Below, piece by piece: positions 15,965 to 24,000 of a stretch of DNA of 24,000 nucleotides; position 1 is the stretch's first letter; every line of letters starts with the position of its first letter. Under the pieces are notes generated by a model. The model did no database searches. It saw only the letters and a program-made list of their open reading frames with translations, and was not told the origin of the DNA. This stretch comes from Kistimonas asteriae (GTDB lineage Bacteria; Pseudomonadota; Gammaproteobacteria; Pseudomonadales; Endozoicomonadaceae), in the NCBI RefSeq assembly GCF_018263925.1, contig NZ_JAEVHF010000010.1:157458-181457 (forward strand), written 5' to 3'. Position numbers and translations under genes: made by a program.

Positions 15965-17191
15965 ATGACAATAATAACCCGGTGCTGTTCTGGCAGTTTA
16001 TTGATGTTGGGTGCAATGGCAGGCCTTGTAGCGTTGCCCGCTGGCGCATCGGAACGTTATTTCACGTATATCGACGAGACCGGTAAGATTCGCAATCTGT
16101 TTCTGGATGACGATTTCAAGGAACAGCAGGACGAAGTCCGTCATCGCATCAGCCTGTCGAGCTATATCGATCCTTACGATAACCCCAGCTCTATTGCCTA
16201 TCAGAATTTTTCATCGTCATCTGAAAAGAAGCGTCGCTATTTCACCTGGGTGGATGCTGACGGTACGGTGCAGAGCAGTTTCTATTCAGACCAGTCCGAT
16301 ATCAAACCACGAGACCAGTATGTGCTCGGTTCCGGCGAACGGGCCAGCAGTTACGTGGATGCAGATGTGCTCGAAGGGCGTGGTTTTGTCCGTGGTGAAA
16401 ATGGCCAGCCGTATTACACCTGGACCGACGCAGAAGGGCGCATCCAGAATACGGCTATCACAACGGAGCAGCGGGCACAGGCCTTCAAACGCCCGAGGCT
16501 TCCGGGGATCGGTAGCCGCAATCACGATTTTACCGATGGCAATGAATTGCTGCTGAAAGCGATGCCGGCACCAGTAAGTCAGAACATTGCGTTAAGCCCG
16601 GAACTGGCGGGTATTCTCGATGCAAATCGAGAGCAGCGACGTCAACCCCAGCGGGCTCGGGATGCGGAGTTGGCCCAGGCGTTTTCCGACGGTTGCTGTA
16701 TCCAGATGGACGTGCGCAATTTTGAAAAGCCGGGGCTTGATCAGGCGAAGTATGATGAATTTAATCGCTTCACGCCGTTGTTCGATTTTCCCACCGGGCT
16801 CAGCTATTACAGCGGTTATGTTATCCCGGATGATAAACCCAGCTCAGCCGTTCGCGTTCGCAGCTTTTCCAATCAGGATGTGATGTATCCCAGCCTCTTA
16901 TTTCTGGATGCCGCCCGGCGTCCGACGCGCCTTGTGACCGATGCCATCTACCGCCTGAACCCGGAAACCTGGCACAGCTATGCCTATATCGAAGGCATCG
17001 TTGCGCTTAAGCCCTGGCTGGGTGAACGTTATGTTGTTGTCATGACGACCGAGGAAGCATTAGAGCAGCAAACCCTAGACAACAAACCCTTTGCCCGGCC
17101 GCTGGATATGAAATCAGTTGCAGTGGAGGAGGGGATGGTGGTTCGAGAGCATGCCTCCACGGGTTCCTTTGAGGTGACGTTCCTGAAATAA
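15965..17191 (+). CDS. Periplasmic protein with three YFTWxDxxG (DUF4124-like) repeats and a MalM-like C-terminal domain (FilE-like by recollection)
   Basis: 408 aa. Signal LLMLGAMAGLVALPAGAS|E. Repeats YFTYIDETGKIRN (aa 32-44), YFTWVDADGTVQS (92-104) and YYTWTDAEGRIQN (150-162). C-terminal MYPSLLFLDAARRPT ... GERYVVVMTTEEALEQQT parallels E. coli MalM VFAPNVLILDQNMTP ... QQKLYVLVFTTEKDLQQTT as remembered. Good SD GGAGG 8 nt upstream. Confidence 0.8.
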   Translation: MTIITRCCSGSLLMLGAMAGLVALPAGASERYFTYIDETGKIRNLFLDDDFKEQQDEVRHRISLSSYIDPYDNPSSIAYQNFSSSSEKKRRYFTWVDADGTVQSSFYSDQSDIKPRDQYVLGSGERASSYVDADVLEGRGFVRGENGQPYYTWTDAEGRIQNTAITTEQRAQAFKRPRLPGIGSRNHDFTDGNELLLKAMPAPVSQNIALSPELAGILDANREQRRQPQRARDAELAQAFSDGCCIQMDVRNFEKPGLDQAKYDEFNRFTPLFDFPTGLSYYSGYVIPDDKPSSAVRVRSFSNQDVMYPSLLFLDAARRPTRLVTDAIYRLNPETWHSYAYIEGIVALKPWLGERYVVVMTTEEALEQQTLDNKPFARPLDMKSVAVEEGMVVREHASTGSFEVTFLK

Positions 17192-17196
17192 GTCAG

Positions 17197-17210
17197 CATT
17201 GTTGACAATG
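17197..17210. promoter_or_regulatory. Candidate GntR-type operator 1 (CATTGT-TG-ACAATG)
   Basis: Perfect 6-bp arms with the GT..AC core typical of GntR-family operators, 84 nt upstream of the GntR gene ATG. Overlaps a TTGACA hexamer (17202-17207). Confidence 0.4.
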
Positions 17211-17260
17211 TGATCCTTGACGCTCGGTTTATACGTATATAAGCTCAGCGTCACTGATTA

Positions 17261-17272
17261 ATTGTCGACAAT
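17261..17272. promoter_or_regulatory. Candidate GntR-type operator 2 (ATTGTCGACAAT)
   Basis: Perfect 12-bp palindrome sharing the core ATTGT-NN-ACAAT with site 1. Ends 21 nt upstream of ATG 17294. Centres of the two sites are 63 bp apart. Confidence 0.4.
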
Positions 17273-17293
17273 ATCTAAAATAATACGATTTCA

Positions 17294-17974
17294 ATGAACC
17301 AGCCGGAACCCCGCACTTTATCCGATCGCGTGTTCACGCATATTCAGCGTGCCATTGTGCGTGGGGATATTCCGGGGGGCAGTAAACTCAGTGAATCCAG
17401 TCTGGCGGAACAGTATGGCATCAGCCGTGGGCCGTTACGTGAGGCTATCCGTCGCCTCGAAGGCTGCAAACTGGTGGTTCGTGAGCCCCACAGCGGCACC
17501 CGTGTTGTCTCCCTGTCTGCGGAAGAACTCCTTGATATCTATCATATCCGTGAAGTCATGGAAGGGCTGGCCTGTCGCCTGGCGGCTGAGAATATGACCC
17601 AGGCCCAGATTGACGATATGCGGCGTTTGCTGGATCAGCATCGGGAGCAGTCTGAACTCAAGGACGGGGTGGCCTATTTCCAGCAGGAAGGGGATCTCGA
17701 TTTTCATTACCGGATTATCAGCGCATCCGGCAATCGTAAACTGGTCGAATTACTGTGCGGTGAGCTTTACCACTTAATCCGTATGTATCGCTACCGGTTC
17801 AGTACGCAGCAGAATCGGCCCTTGCGGGCTTTCACGGAACATCAGCAGATCATTGATGCGTTAGCGGATCGGGACGGCGAGCTGGCCGAACTGTTGATGC
17901 GTCGGCATATCCGGGTCTCCCGCAACCGACTGGAAGAACGGATCAGAAACGGATGTGAGGCTGTGCCACCGTGA
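17294..17974 (+). CDS. GntR-family (FadR/FCD subfamily) transcriptional regulator, probable regulator of the prp genes
   Basis: 226 aa. N-terminal winged helix (GSKLSESSLAEQYGISRGPLREAIRRLE), then an all-helical FCD-type C-terminal domain. Sits directly upstream of prpB, as in Pseudomonas/Vibrio-type prp loci. Confidence 0.88.
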   Translation: MNQPEPRTLSDRVFTHIQRAIVRGDIPGGSKLSESSLAEQYGISRGPLREAIRRLEGCKLVVREPHSGTRVVSLSAEELLDIYHIREVMEGLACRLAAENMTQAQIDDMRRLLDQHREQSELKDGVAYFQQEGDLDFHYRIISASGNRKLVELLCGELYHLIRMYRYRFSTQQNRPLRAFTEHQQIIDALADRDGELAELLMRRHIRVSRNRLEERIRNGCEAVPP

Positions 17975-18040
17975 CAGTGGGGCAGACTGTACTAAAACAA
18001 TAGCGATGACAACGACTGCACGAATCACAGGAAACCGCGT

Positions 18041-18928
18041 ATGACCGAACTGACACCCGGCCAGAAGTTTCGCAAGGCCGTTGAAGCGAACAACCCGTTA
18101 CAGGTGGTGGGCACCATCAATGCCTATTGCGCCATGATGGCTGAAAAGACGGGCCATCAGGCGATATATTTGTCGGGCGGGGGCGTGGCCAATGCCTCCT
18201 ATGGATTGCCGGATCTTGGCATGACGTCGATGAACGATGTGCTGGAGGATGTTCGCCGGATCACTGCAGCCAGCACGCTGCCACTGCTGGTTGATATTGA
18301 TACGGGCTGGGGCGGTGCTTTCAATATTGCCCGTACTATTCAGGAAATGATTCGGGCGGGCGCCGCCGCAGTCCACATTGAAGACCAGGTGGCGCAGAAG
18401 CGTTGTGGTCATCGCCCGAATAAAGCCATTGTCAGCAAAGAGGAAATGGTGGACCGGGTTAAGTCGGCCGTGGATGCCCGTACGGATGAGAGTTTTGTCA
18501 TCATGGCCCGCACCGATGCGCTGGCTGTCGAAGGGATGGATGCCGCGATTGAGCGCGCCTGTCTCTGTGTCGATGCCGGCGCTGACATGATCTTCCCGGA
18601 AGCCATGCAGACACTGGACGATTACCGTCGTTTTGTTGAGGCCGTCAAGGTGCCGGTATTGGCCAATATCACCGAATTTGGCCAAACACCGCTGTTCAAC
18701 AGTCAGGAACTGGGGGACGCCGGCATTGCCATGGTGCTTTACCCATTGAGTGCGTTCCGTGCCATGAATCAAGCGGCGCTGAACGTCTATCAACACCTGC
18801 TGGCAGACGGCGATCAGACCCAGGTAGTCGACACCATGCAAACCCGGATGGAACTGTACGATTTCCTTGGTTATCACGCCTATGAGCAGACTATCGACCG
18901 CCTGTTTGAAGAAAAGGGCGAGGAATAA
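18041..18928 (+). CDS. prpB: 2-methylisocitrate lyase
   Basis: 295 aa, isocitrate lyase/PEP mutase fold. [23 protein letters not shown] and the catalytic loop [15 protein letters not shown]. Confidence 0.95.
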   Translation: MTELTPGQKFRKAVEANNPLQVVGTINAYCAMMAEKTGHQAIYLSGGGVANASYGLPDLGMTSMNDVLEDVRRITAASTLPLLVDIDTGWGGAFNIARTIQEMIRAGAAAVHIEDQVAQKRCGHRPNKAIVSKEEMVDRVKSAVDARTDESFVIMARTDALAVEGMDAAIERACLCVDAGADMIFPEAMQTLDDYRRFVEAVKVPVLANITEFGQTPLFNSQELGDAGIAMVLYPLSAFRAMNQAALNVYQHLLADGDQTQVVDTMQTRMELYDFLGYHAYEQTIDRLFEEKGEE

Positions 18929-18999
18929 ACTGGCAGAACAACGCGTTAGCAACAATTCTTAACGACGTCTCTTACACACAAGAACCAGAGGGAGCACGT

Positions 19000-20124
19000 A
19001 TGGCTGAGAAGAAACTGACCGGCGCCGGCCTCCGGGGCCAGACGGCAGGACAGACTGCACTCTGTACCGTGGGCAAAAGCGGCACCGGTCTCACTTACCG
19101 GGGTTACGACATCCATGAGCTGGCGAAGTACGGCACGTTCGAAGAAATCGCCTGGTTGTTGTTTCACGGTGAGTTGCCCAACAGTGAAGCGTTGGCGAAT
19201 TACAAGAAGAAGCTGCAAGGGTTACGTGGGTTGCCGGAACCGCTGAAGCAGTGCCTGGAATTGATTCCTGCGGATGCGCATCCCATGGATGTCATGCGGA
19301 CGGGTTGTTCCATGCTGGGTAATCTGGAAACGGAAACCGATTTCAGTCAGCAGCAGGATGTGACCGACCGCCTGCTGGCAGCGTTTCCCTCCATCCTCCT
19401 TTACTGGTACCGGTTCAGCCATGATGGCGTCCGTATTGATACAGAAACCGATGATGACTCCATTGCTGGCCATTTCCTGCATCTGCTGCACGATAAAAAG
19501 CCGGCTGACAACCATCGTCGCTGTATGGATGCGTCCCTGATTCTTTACGCTGAGCATGAGTTTAATGCGTCGACGTTCACGGCACGCGTCTGCGCTTCAA
19601 CCCTCTCTGATATGCATTCCTGTATCACGGCAGCTATCGGTTCTCTGCGCGGGCCGCTGCATGGTGGCGCCAACGAAGCCGCGATGGAAATGATTGAGCG
19701 TTTCCAGTCAGCCGCAGAAGCCAAAGAAGCCATTCTTGGCATGCTGGAGCGCAAGGACAAGATCATGGGCTTTGGGCATGCGATCTACAGCACGTCTGAC
19801 CCCAGGAACGGCATCATCAAAGAATGGTCCAAGACTTTGGCGGACGAAGTCGGGGATACCGTGCTGTATCCCGTCTCGGCCATGATTGAGCAGGTCATGT
19901 GGGATGAGAAGAAGCTGTTCCCGAATGCCGATTTCTTCCACGCCTCGGCTTATCACTTCATGGGTATTCCCACCAAGCTGTTTACGCCGATCTTTGTTTG
20001 TTCGCGGCTGACCGGCTGGGCTTCCCATGTGATGGAACAACGCGCCAACAACCGGATTATCAGGCCATCGGCGGAGTATACCGGCCCTGAGCCCCGCGCC
20101 TGGGTGGGCATAGAAGCACGCTAA
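19000..20124 (+). CDS. prpC: 2-methylcitrate synthase
   Basis: 374 aa citrate-synthase family: [33 protein letters not shown] and GFGHAIY. Positioned between prpB and prpD. Confidence 0.95.
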   Translation: MAEKKLTGAGLRGQTAGQTALCTVGKSGTGLTYRGYDIHELAKYGTFEEIAWLLFHGELPNSEALANYKKKLQGLRGLPEPLKQCLELIPADAHPMDVMRTGCSMLGNLETETDFSQQQDVTDRLLAAFPSILLYWYRFSHDGVRIDTETDDDSIAGHFLHLLHDKKPADNHRRCMDASLILYAEHEFNASTFTARVCASTLSDMHSCITAAIGSLRGPLHGGANEAAMEMIERFQSAAEAKEAILGMLERKDKIMGFGHAIYSTSDPRNGIIKEWSKTLADEVGDTVLYPVSAMIEQVMWDEKKLFPNADFFHASAYHFMGIPTKLFTPIFVCSRLTGWASHVMEQRANNRIIRPSAEYTGPEPRAWVGIEAR

Positions 20125-20176
20125 TAACGGTAATACCGCATTAATAACGTCATACAACCAGAAGTCAGAGAAAACA

Positions 20177-21625
20177 ATGAGTGCAAACGTTGATGTAAAT
20201 GAACGCCCGGATTACGACCAGGTACTGCAGGATATCGCTGATTATGTTCTCAACTACAAAATTGAGTCCGATGAAGCGCTGGATACTGCCCGTAACTGTC
20301 TGATGGATACCCTCGGCTGTGGTCTGCTGGCCCTGCGTTTTCCCGAATGTACCAAACACCTTGGCCCCATCGTCGAAGGCACCGTTGTTCCCCACGGTTC
20401 ACGTGTCCCAGGCACATCGTTCCGTCTGGATCCAGTGAAAGCGGCCTGGGATATTGGCTGCATTATTCGCTGGCTGGATTACAACGATACCTGGCTGGCG
20501 GCCGAGTGGGGGCATCCGTCTGATAACCTGGGTGGCATCCTGGGTGCAGCGGATTACCTGTCACAAAGCCGGATGGCCAATGGTCAGGCGCCGCTGACCA
20601 TGCGCGATGTGCTCGAAGCCATGATCATGGCGCACGAGATTCAGGGGTGCCTGGCGCTGGAAAACAGCTACAATCGTGTAGGTCTTGACCATGTCGTGCT
20701 GGTGAAAGTGGCGTCGACGGCGGTTGTTGCGAAATTGAAAGGCGCCAACCGTGAGCAGTTGCTGTCCGCGCTGTCCCATGCCTGGGTTGATGGCCAGTCT
20801 CTGCGTACCTACCGTCATGCGCCGAATGCGGGTTCCCGGAAGTCCTGGGCAGCGGGTGATGCCACTTCACGGGCAGTTCGTCTGGCGGATATCGCCATGC
20901 GCGGTGAGATGGGCGTCCCCGGTGTGCTGAGTGCGCCTAAGTGGGGCTTCTATGATGTACTGTTCAAGGGGCAGGAATTCAAATTCCAGCGTCCTTACGG
21001 CAGCTATGTGATGGAGCATGTACTCTTCAAGATCTCTTTCCCGGCCGAATTCCACTCTCAGACAGCTGCTGAAGCCGCTGTTCGCCTGCATGACCAGGTG
21101 AAGGGACGGGTTGATGAGATCGAGCGGGTTGAGATCACTACCCATGAATCCGCGATCCGCATCATCTCCAAGGTCGGCCCCCTGGCCAATGCCGCCGACC
21201 GGGATCACTGTCTCCAGTATATGACGGCCGTCCCCCTGCTGTTCGGCAACCTGGTGGCTGAGCACTATGAAGACGATTTCCATGCGGCGCATCCTGAAAT
21301 TGATATGCTGCGTGAGAAGATGGTCATCCTGGAAGATGAGCGTTATTCCCGCGAGTACCACGAGCCGGAGAAACGCTCCATTGCGAATGCGATCCAGGTG
21401 TTCTTCAAGGATGGCAGCAGTACTGAAAAAGTGGCGGTGGAGTATCCGATCGGTCATCGTCGTCGCCGTGAAGAAGGGATTCCGCTGTTGGAGTCCAAGT
21501 TCAAGGCCAATCTAGCGACCCGGTTCCCGGCTGGCCGTTGTGAGGCGATCTTTGAGCTGTGCAAGGATCAGGCGAAGCTGGAAGCCACGCCGGTCAATGC
21601 CTTCATGGATCTGTTTGTGATTTAA
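20177..21625 (+). CDS. prpD: 2-methylcitrate dehydratase
   Basis: 482 aa. Collinear near-identity to E. coli PrpD blocks as remembered: [79 protein letters not shown] and [10 protein letters not shown]. Confidence 0.95.
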   Translation: MSANVDVNERPDYDQVLQDIADYVLNYKIESDEALDTARNCLMDTLGCGLLALRFPECTKHLGPIVEGTVVPHGSRVPGTSFRLDPVKAAWDIGCIIRWLDYNDTWLAAEWGHPSDNLGGILGAADYLSQSRMANGQAPLTMRDVLEAMIMAHEIQGCLALENSYNRVGLDHVVLVKVASTAVVAKLKGANREQLLSALSHAWVDGQSLRTYRHAPNAGSRKSWAAGDATSRAVRLADIAMRGEMGVPGVLSAPKWGFYDVLFKGQEFKFQRPYGSYVMEHVLFKISFPAEFHSQTAAEAAVRLHDQVKGRVDEIERVEITTHESAIRIISKVGPLANAADRDHCLQYMTAVPLLFGNLVAEHYEDDFHAAHPEIDMLREKMVILEDERYSREYHEPEKRSIANAIQVFFKDGSSTEKVAVEYPIGHRRRREEGIPLLESKFKANLATRFPAGRCEAIFELCKDQAKLEATPVNAFMDLFVI

Positions 21626-21634
21626 TCGCTATAG

Positions 21635-21667
21635 AAAACGCCCAGTATTTTGCTGGGCGTTTTTTTT
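21635..21667. terminator. Bidirectional rho-independent terminator between prpD and ppsR
   Basis: CGCCCAG (21639-21645), loop TATTTTG, CTGGGCG (21653-21659). T8 on the plus strand; an A4 run upstream gives U-rich sequence on the minus strand. Confidence 0.85.
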
Positions 21668-21684
21668 CTGAGCGATTTCCAGCC

Positions 21685-22503
21685 TTATTTCAACCGACGC
21701 TCAATGCCGGTCTGGGCAATGATGCGTGTCGCAATTTCTTCAACGGAATAGCGGGTGGTATTGATATAGGGAATGTTTTCCCGCTGGAACATCTGCTCCA
21801 CCTCATTCACTTCCATTTCACATTGACGGGCAGACGAATAGCGGCTGTTAGGCCGACGTTCGTTACGAATCGCTGCCAGATGCTCAGCATCAATTGTCAA
21901 ACCAAACAGTTTGTTTTTGTGTTCCTTGAGAATGGAGGGCAGGCGCATCATATCCAGATCATCTTCGGTGATCGGGTAGTTTGCGGCACGAATCCCAAAT
22001 TGCAGTCCCATGTACAGGCAGGTGGGGGTCTTGCCACAGCGGGAGACGCCAACGATCAGGATATCCGCTTTGTCGTAGTAGCGGGTCTTGGCGCCGTCGT
22101 CGTTGTCGAGGGCGAAGTGGACAGCATCAATCCGCTGGTTGTACTGGGTATTGGCGGCGATGGCGCGCTTCTGGCCAATCTTGTGCATGGCGTGCTGCCG
22201 TAATTCCTGCTCCAGCCCGGGCATGAAGGCCTGAAAGATATCCGTGGTGTAGGCGTTGGCGCCTTTCATAATTTCACTGATACTTTCATCAATGATGGTA
22301 CTGAACAGCAATGGCTTGTGTTCACTGGTATTTGCCTCCCGGTTGATGTCAGCGACAATTGCCAGAGCCTTTTCAGGGGTATCAATGTAGGGCAGGGTGA
22401 GGTTATCGAACTCAACATGGTCAAACTGCGCCAGCAGGCTCTTGCCAAAGGATTCCGCGGTAATACCGGTACCGTCCGAGATAAAATAGACTTTGCGTTT
22501 CAT
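21685..22503 (-). CDS. ppsR: PEP synthase regulatory protein (pyruvate, water dikinase kinase/phosphorylase)
   Basis: VYFISDGTGITAE, ILIVGVSRCGKTPTCLYMGLQFGIRAANYP, LFGLTIDAEHLAAIRNERRPNSRY and YSVEEIATRI match E. coli PpsR (YdiA) as remembered. The track ORF starts at TTG 22545; ATG 22503 (MKRKVYFISDG) fits the family N-terminus better. Confidence 0.92.
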   Translation of the reverse strand: MKRKVYFISDGTGITAESFGKSLLAQFDHVEFDNLTLPYIDTPEKALAIVADINREANTSEHKPLLFSTIIDESISEIMKGANAYTTDIFQAFMPGLEQELRQHAMHKIGQKRAIAANTQYNQRIDAVHFALDNDDGAKTRYYDKADILIVGVSRCGKTPTCLYMGLQFGIRAANYPITEDDLDMMRLPSILKEHKNKLFGLTIDAEHLAAIRNERRPNSRYSSARQCEMEVNEVEQMFQRENIPYINTTRYSVEEIATRIIAQTGIERRLK

Positions 22504-22807
22504 TCCTGTGTTCCAGACCACGGAAGTGGCTTCAAAGGTGCCCAACTGTCAGAAAAACTGACAAAAATCATAGGCACTGGCTGTTTGTTCGTGTTACAAA
22601 GACGCGCTTTCAGATAGGTAAAAGTCCCTAATCCTTGATGACGGGATTCACAACCAGTGTCTGCTGGTCGTATAGTACGGCCATCTGACGTTGCTGACAA
22701 AGGGCTCCGAACCTTCGCATTTTCCGTTTATACTTGTGCGACCTTGTTCGAGCCACTGACTTTTTTGCCGGAAACCCGGATAAAGTTCCAAATCAGGGGG
22801 TGATACC

Positions 22808-24000
22808 TTGGAAGAGTATGTAATTGCCTTTGAGCACCTGGGAGCAGGTGACGTTGAACGTGTGGGCGGCAAAAACGCCTCTCTGGGAGAGATGATCAGT
22901 AACCTGGCGGGCGCCGGGGTGTCTGTTCCCGGAGGTTTCGCCACCACCGCAAAGGCGTACCGGGAGTTTCTGGAAAAGAGCGGCCTGAATGAACGTATTC
23001 ATTCGCTGCTCGACACCCTGGATGTGGACGATGTCCGTGCATTGGCCGAGGCTGGCGCCAAGATCCGCCAGTGGGTGATGGATGAGCCGTTCCAGCCGGC
23101 GCTGGAAGACGCCATCCGCACAGCATTCATCAGCCTGCAGAATGGCAATGAGAACCTCTCCGTTGCGGTTCGCTCTTCTGCCACCGCCGAAGACTTGCCA
23201 GATGCTTCTTTTGCAGGCCAGCAGGAAACCTTCCTCAATATTCGTGGTTATGACAATGTCATCCATGCCGCAAAAGAAGTGTTCGCTTCCCTGTTCAATG
23301 ACCGTGCAATCGCCTACCGGGTGCACCAGGGCTTTGATCATCGTGAAGTGGCACTGTCTGCGGGTATTCAGCGCATGGTGCGCAGTGAAACTGCGGCTTC
23401 TGGCGTTATGTTCACGTTGGATACCGAATCGGGTTTCCGTGACGCAGTATTCATTACCTCTTCATACGGTTTGGGTGAAACCGTTGTGCAGGGTGCTGTG
23501 AATCCTGACGAATTCTACGTACATAAGCCGACCCTGGAAGCTGGCCGTCATGCGATTCTGCGCCGTAACCTGGGTAGCAAAGCCATTAAAATGATGTATA
23601 CCGATGACCACAGTGCGGGTCGTTCGGTAAAAACCCTGGATGTGGATATGGCCGAGCGCCAGCGCTTCTCCGTTTCGGATGACGAAGTGCAGGCCCTGGC
23701 GCGTCAAGCGCTGATTATCGAAAAGCACTATGAGCGCCCCATGGATATTGAATGGGCCAAAGATGGTGATGATGGTCAGCTGTACATCGTTCAGGCCCGT
23801 CCTGAAACCGTGAAGAGCCGCACTGAAGGCAACACCATGGAACGTTACCTGCTCAATGAGAAGGGGACGGTTCTGGTGGAAGGCCGCAGTATCGGCCAGA
23901 AGATCGGCAGCGGTGTGGTCAAGGTTATTCATAACCTGGCTGAAATGGACAAGGTGCAACCCGGCGATGTGCTGGTCACCGATATGACCGACCCGGACTG
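22808..24000 (+). CDS. ppsA: Phosphoenolpyruvate synthase, 3' end outside the window
   Basis: Not in the ORF track because it runs off the window. My translation from TTG 22808 gives (M)[46 protein letters not shown] ... [24 protein letters not shown] ... [12 protein letters not shown] ... DIEWAKDG ... VQARPETV ... [10 protein letters not shown], collinear with E. coli and Pseudomonas PpsA. In-frame stop at 22781. SD AGGGGG at 22795-22800. Divergent from ppsR, as is usual. Confidence 0.94.
   Translation, partial: MEEYVIAFEHLGAGDVERVGGKNASLGEMISNLAGAGVSVPGGFATTAKAYREFLEKSGLNERIHSLLDTLDVDDVRALAEAGAKIRQWVMDEPFQPALEDAIRTAFISLQNGNENLSVAVRSSATAEDLPDASFAGQQETFLNIRGYDNVIHAAKEVFASLFNDRAIAYRVHQGFDHREVALSAGIQRMVRSETAASGVMFTLDTESGFRDAVFITSSYGLGETVVQGAVNPDEFYVHKPTLEAGRHAILRRNLGSKAIKMMYTDDHSAGRSVKTLDVDMAERQRFSVSDDEVQALARQALIIEKHYERPMDIEWAKDGDDGQLYIVQARPETVKSRTEGNTMERYLLNEKGTVLVEGRSIGQKIGSGVVKVIHNLAEMDKVQPGDVLVTDMTDPD

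Noticed and set aside
18098-18955. 285-aa ORF antisense to prpB.
   Set aside because: The plus strand has the methylisocitrate lyase catalytic loop KRCGH. The antisense frame is a shadow ORF.
20867-22203. 196-aa and 214-aa ORFs antisense to prpD and ppsR.
   Set aside because: The opposite strands encode near-full-length matches to PrpD and PpsR. These are shadow ORFs.
22793-23959. Minus-strand ORFs of 182 aa and 165 aa listed in the track where no plus-strand ORF is listed.
   Set aside because: The plus strand encodes ppsA, which is missing from the track only because it runs off the window end. The minus-strand ORFs are antisense shadows.

Overview
Chromosomal window from a gammaproteobacterium; gene content and order recall Pseudomonas/Oceanospirillales-type genomes. 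I support about 20 protein-coding genes. I found no rRNA, tRNA, CRISPR array, transposase or integrase. Left part (1-10.0 kb): housekeeping genes, namely a 5'-truncated redoxin-family gene, greB, an AroF-like class I DAHP synthase, an OFA-family MFS transporter, a PF06189-type 5'-nucleotidase, a TauE/SafE permease divergent from cysB, a small CxxC protein, thrH and pabB. Right part (17.3-24 kb): GntR regulator-prpB-prpC-prpD (methylcitrate cycle), then divergent ppsR/ppsA, with ppsA running off the window. Centre (10.7-17.2 kb): a five-gene, same-strand cluster in which every product carries an export signal. The products are a Cys-free Gly/Thr/Asp/Asn-rich three-repeat protein, a stand-alone C39 cysteine peptidase, two outer-membrane beta-barrels (one FadL-type) and a periplasmic protein with three YFTWxDxxG repeats plus a MalM-like C-terminus. 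The cluster has no ATPase, ABC exporter, chaperone/usher or secretin. From memory it resembles the barely characterised fil (putative pilus) locus of Acinetobacter. Main hunt results for this cluster: (1) a double-glycine-type leader sits behind the Sec signal of the first protein, and its predicted cut site falls exactly on a repeat boundary; (2) a strong terminator follows gene 1; (3) (AAN)n tracts replace Shine-Dalgarno sequences in front of genes 1-4; (4) an unusually long, hairpin-rich upstream region precedes the cluster. All functional statements rest on reading motifs by eye; no searches were run.
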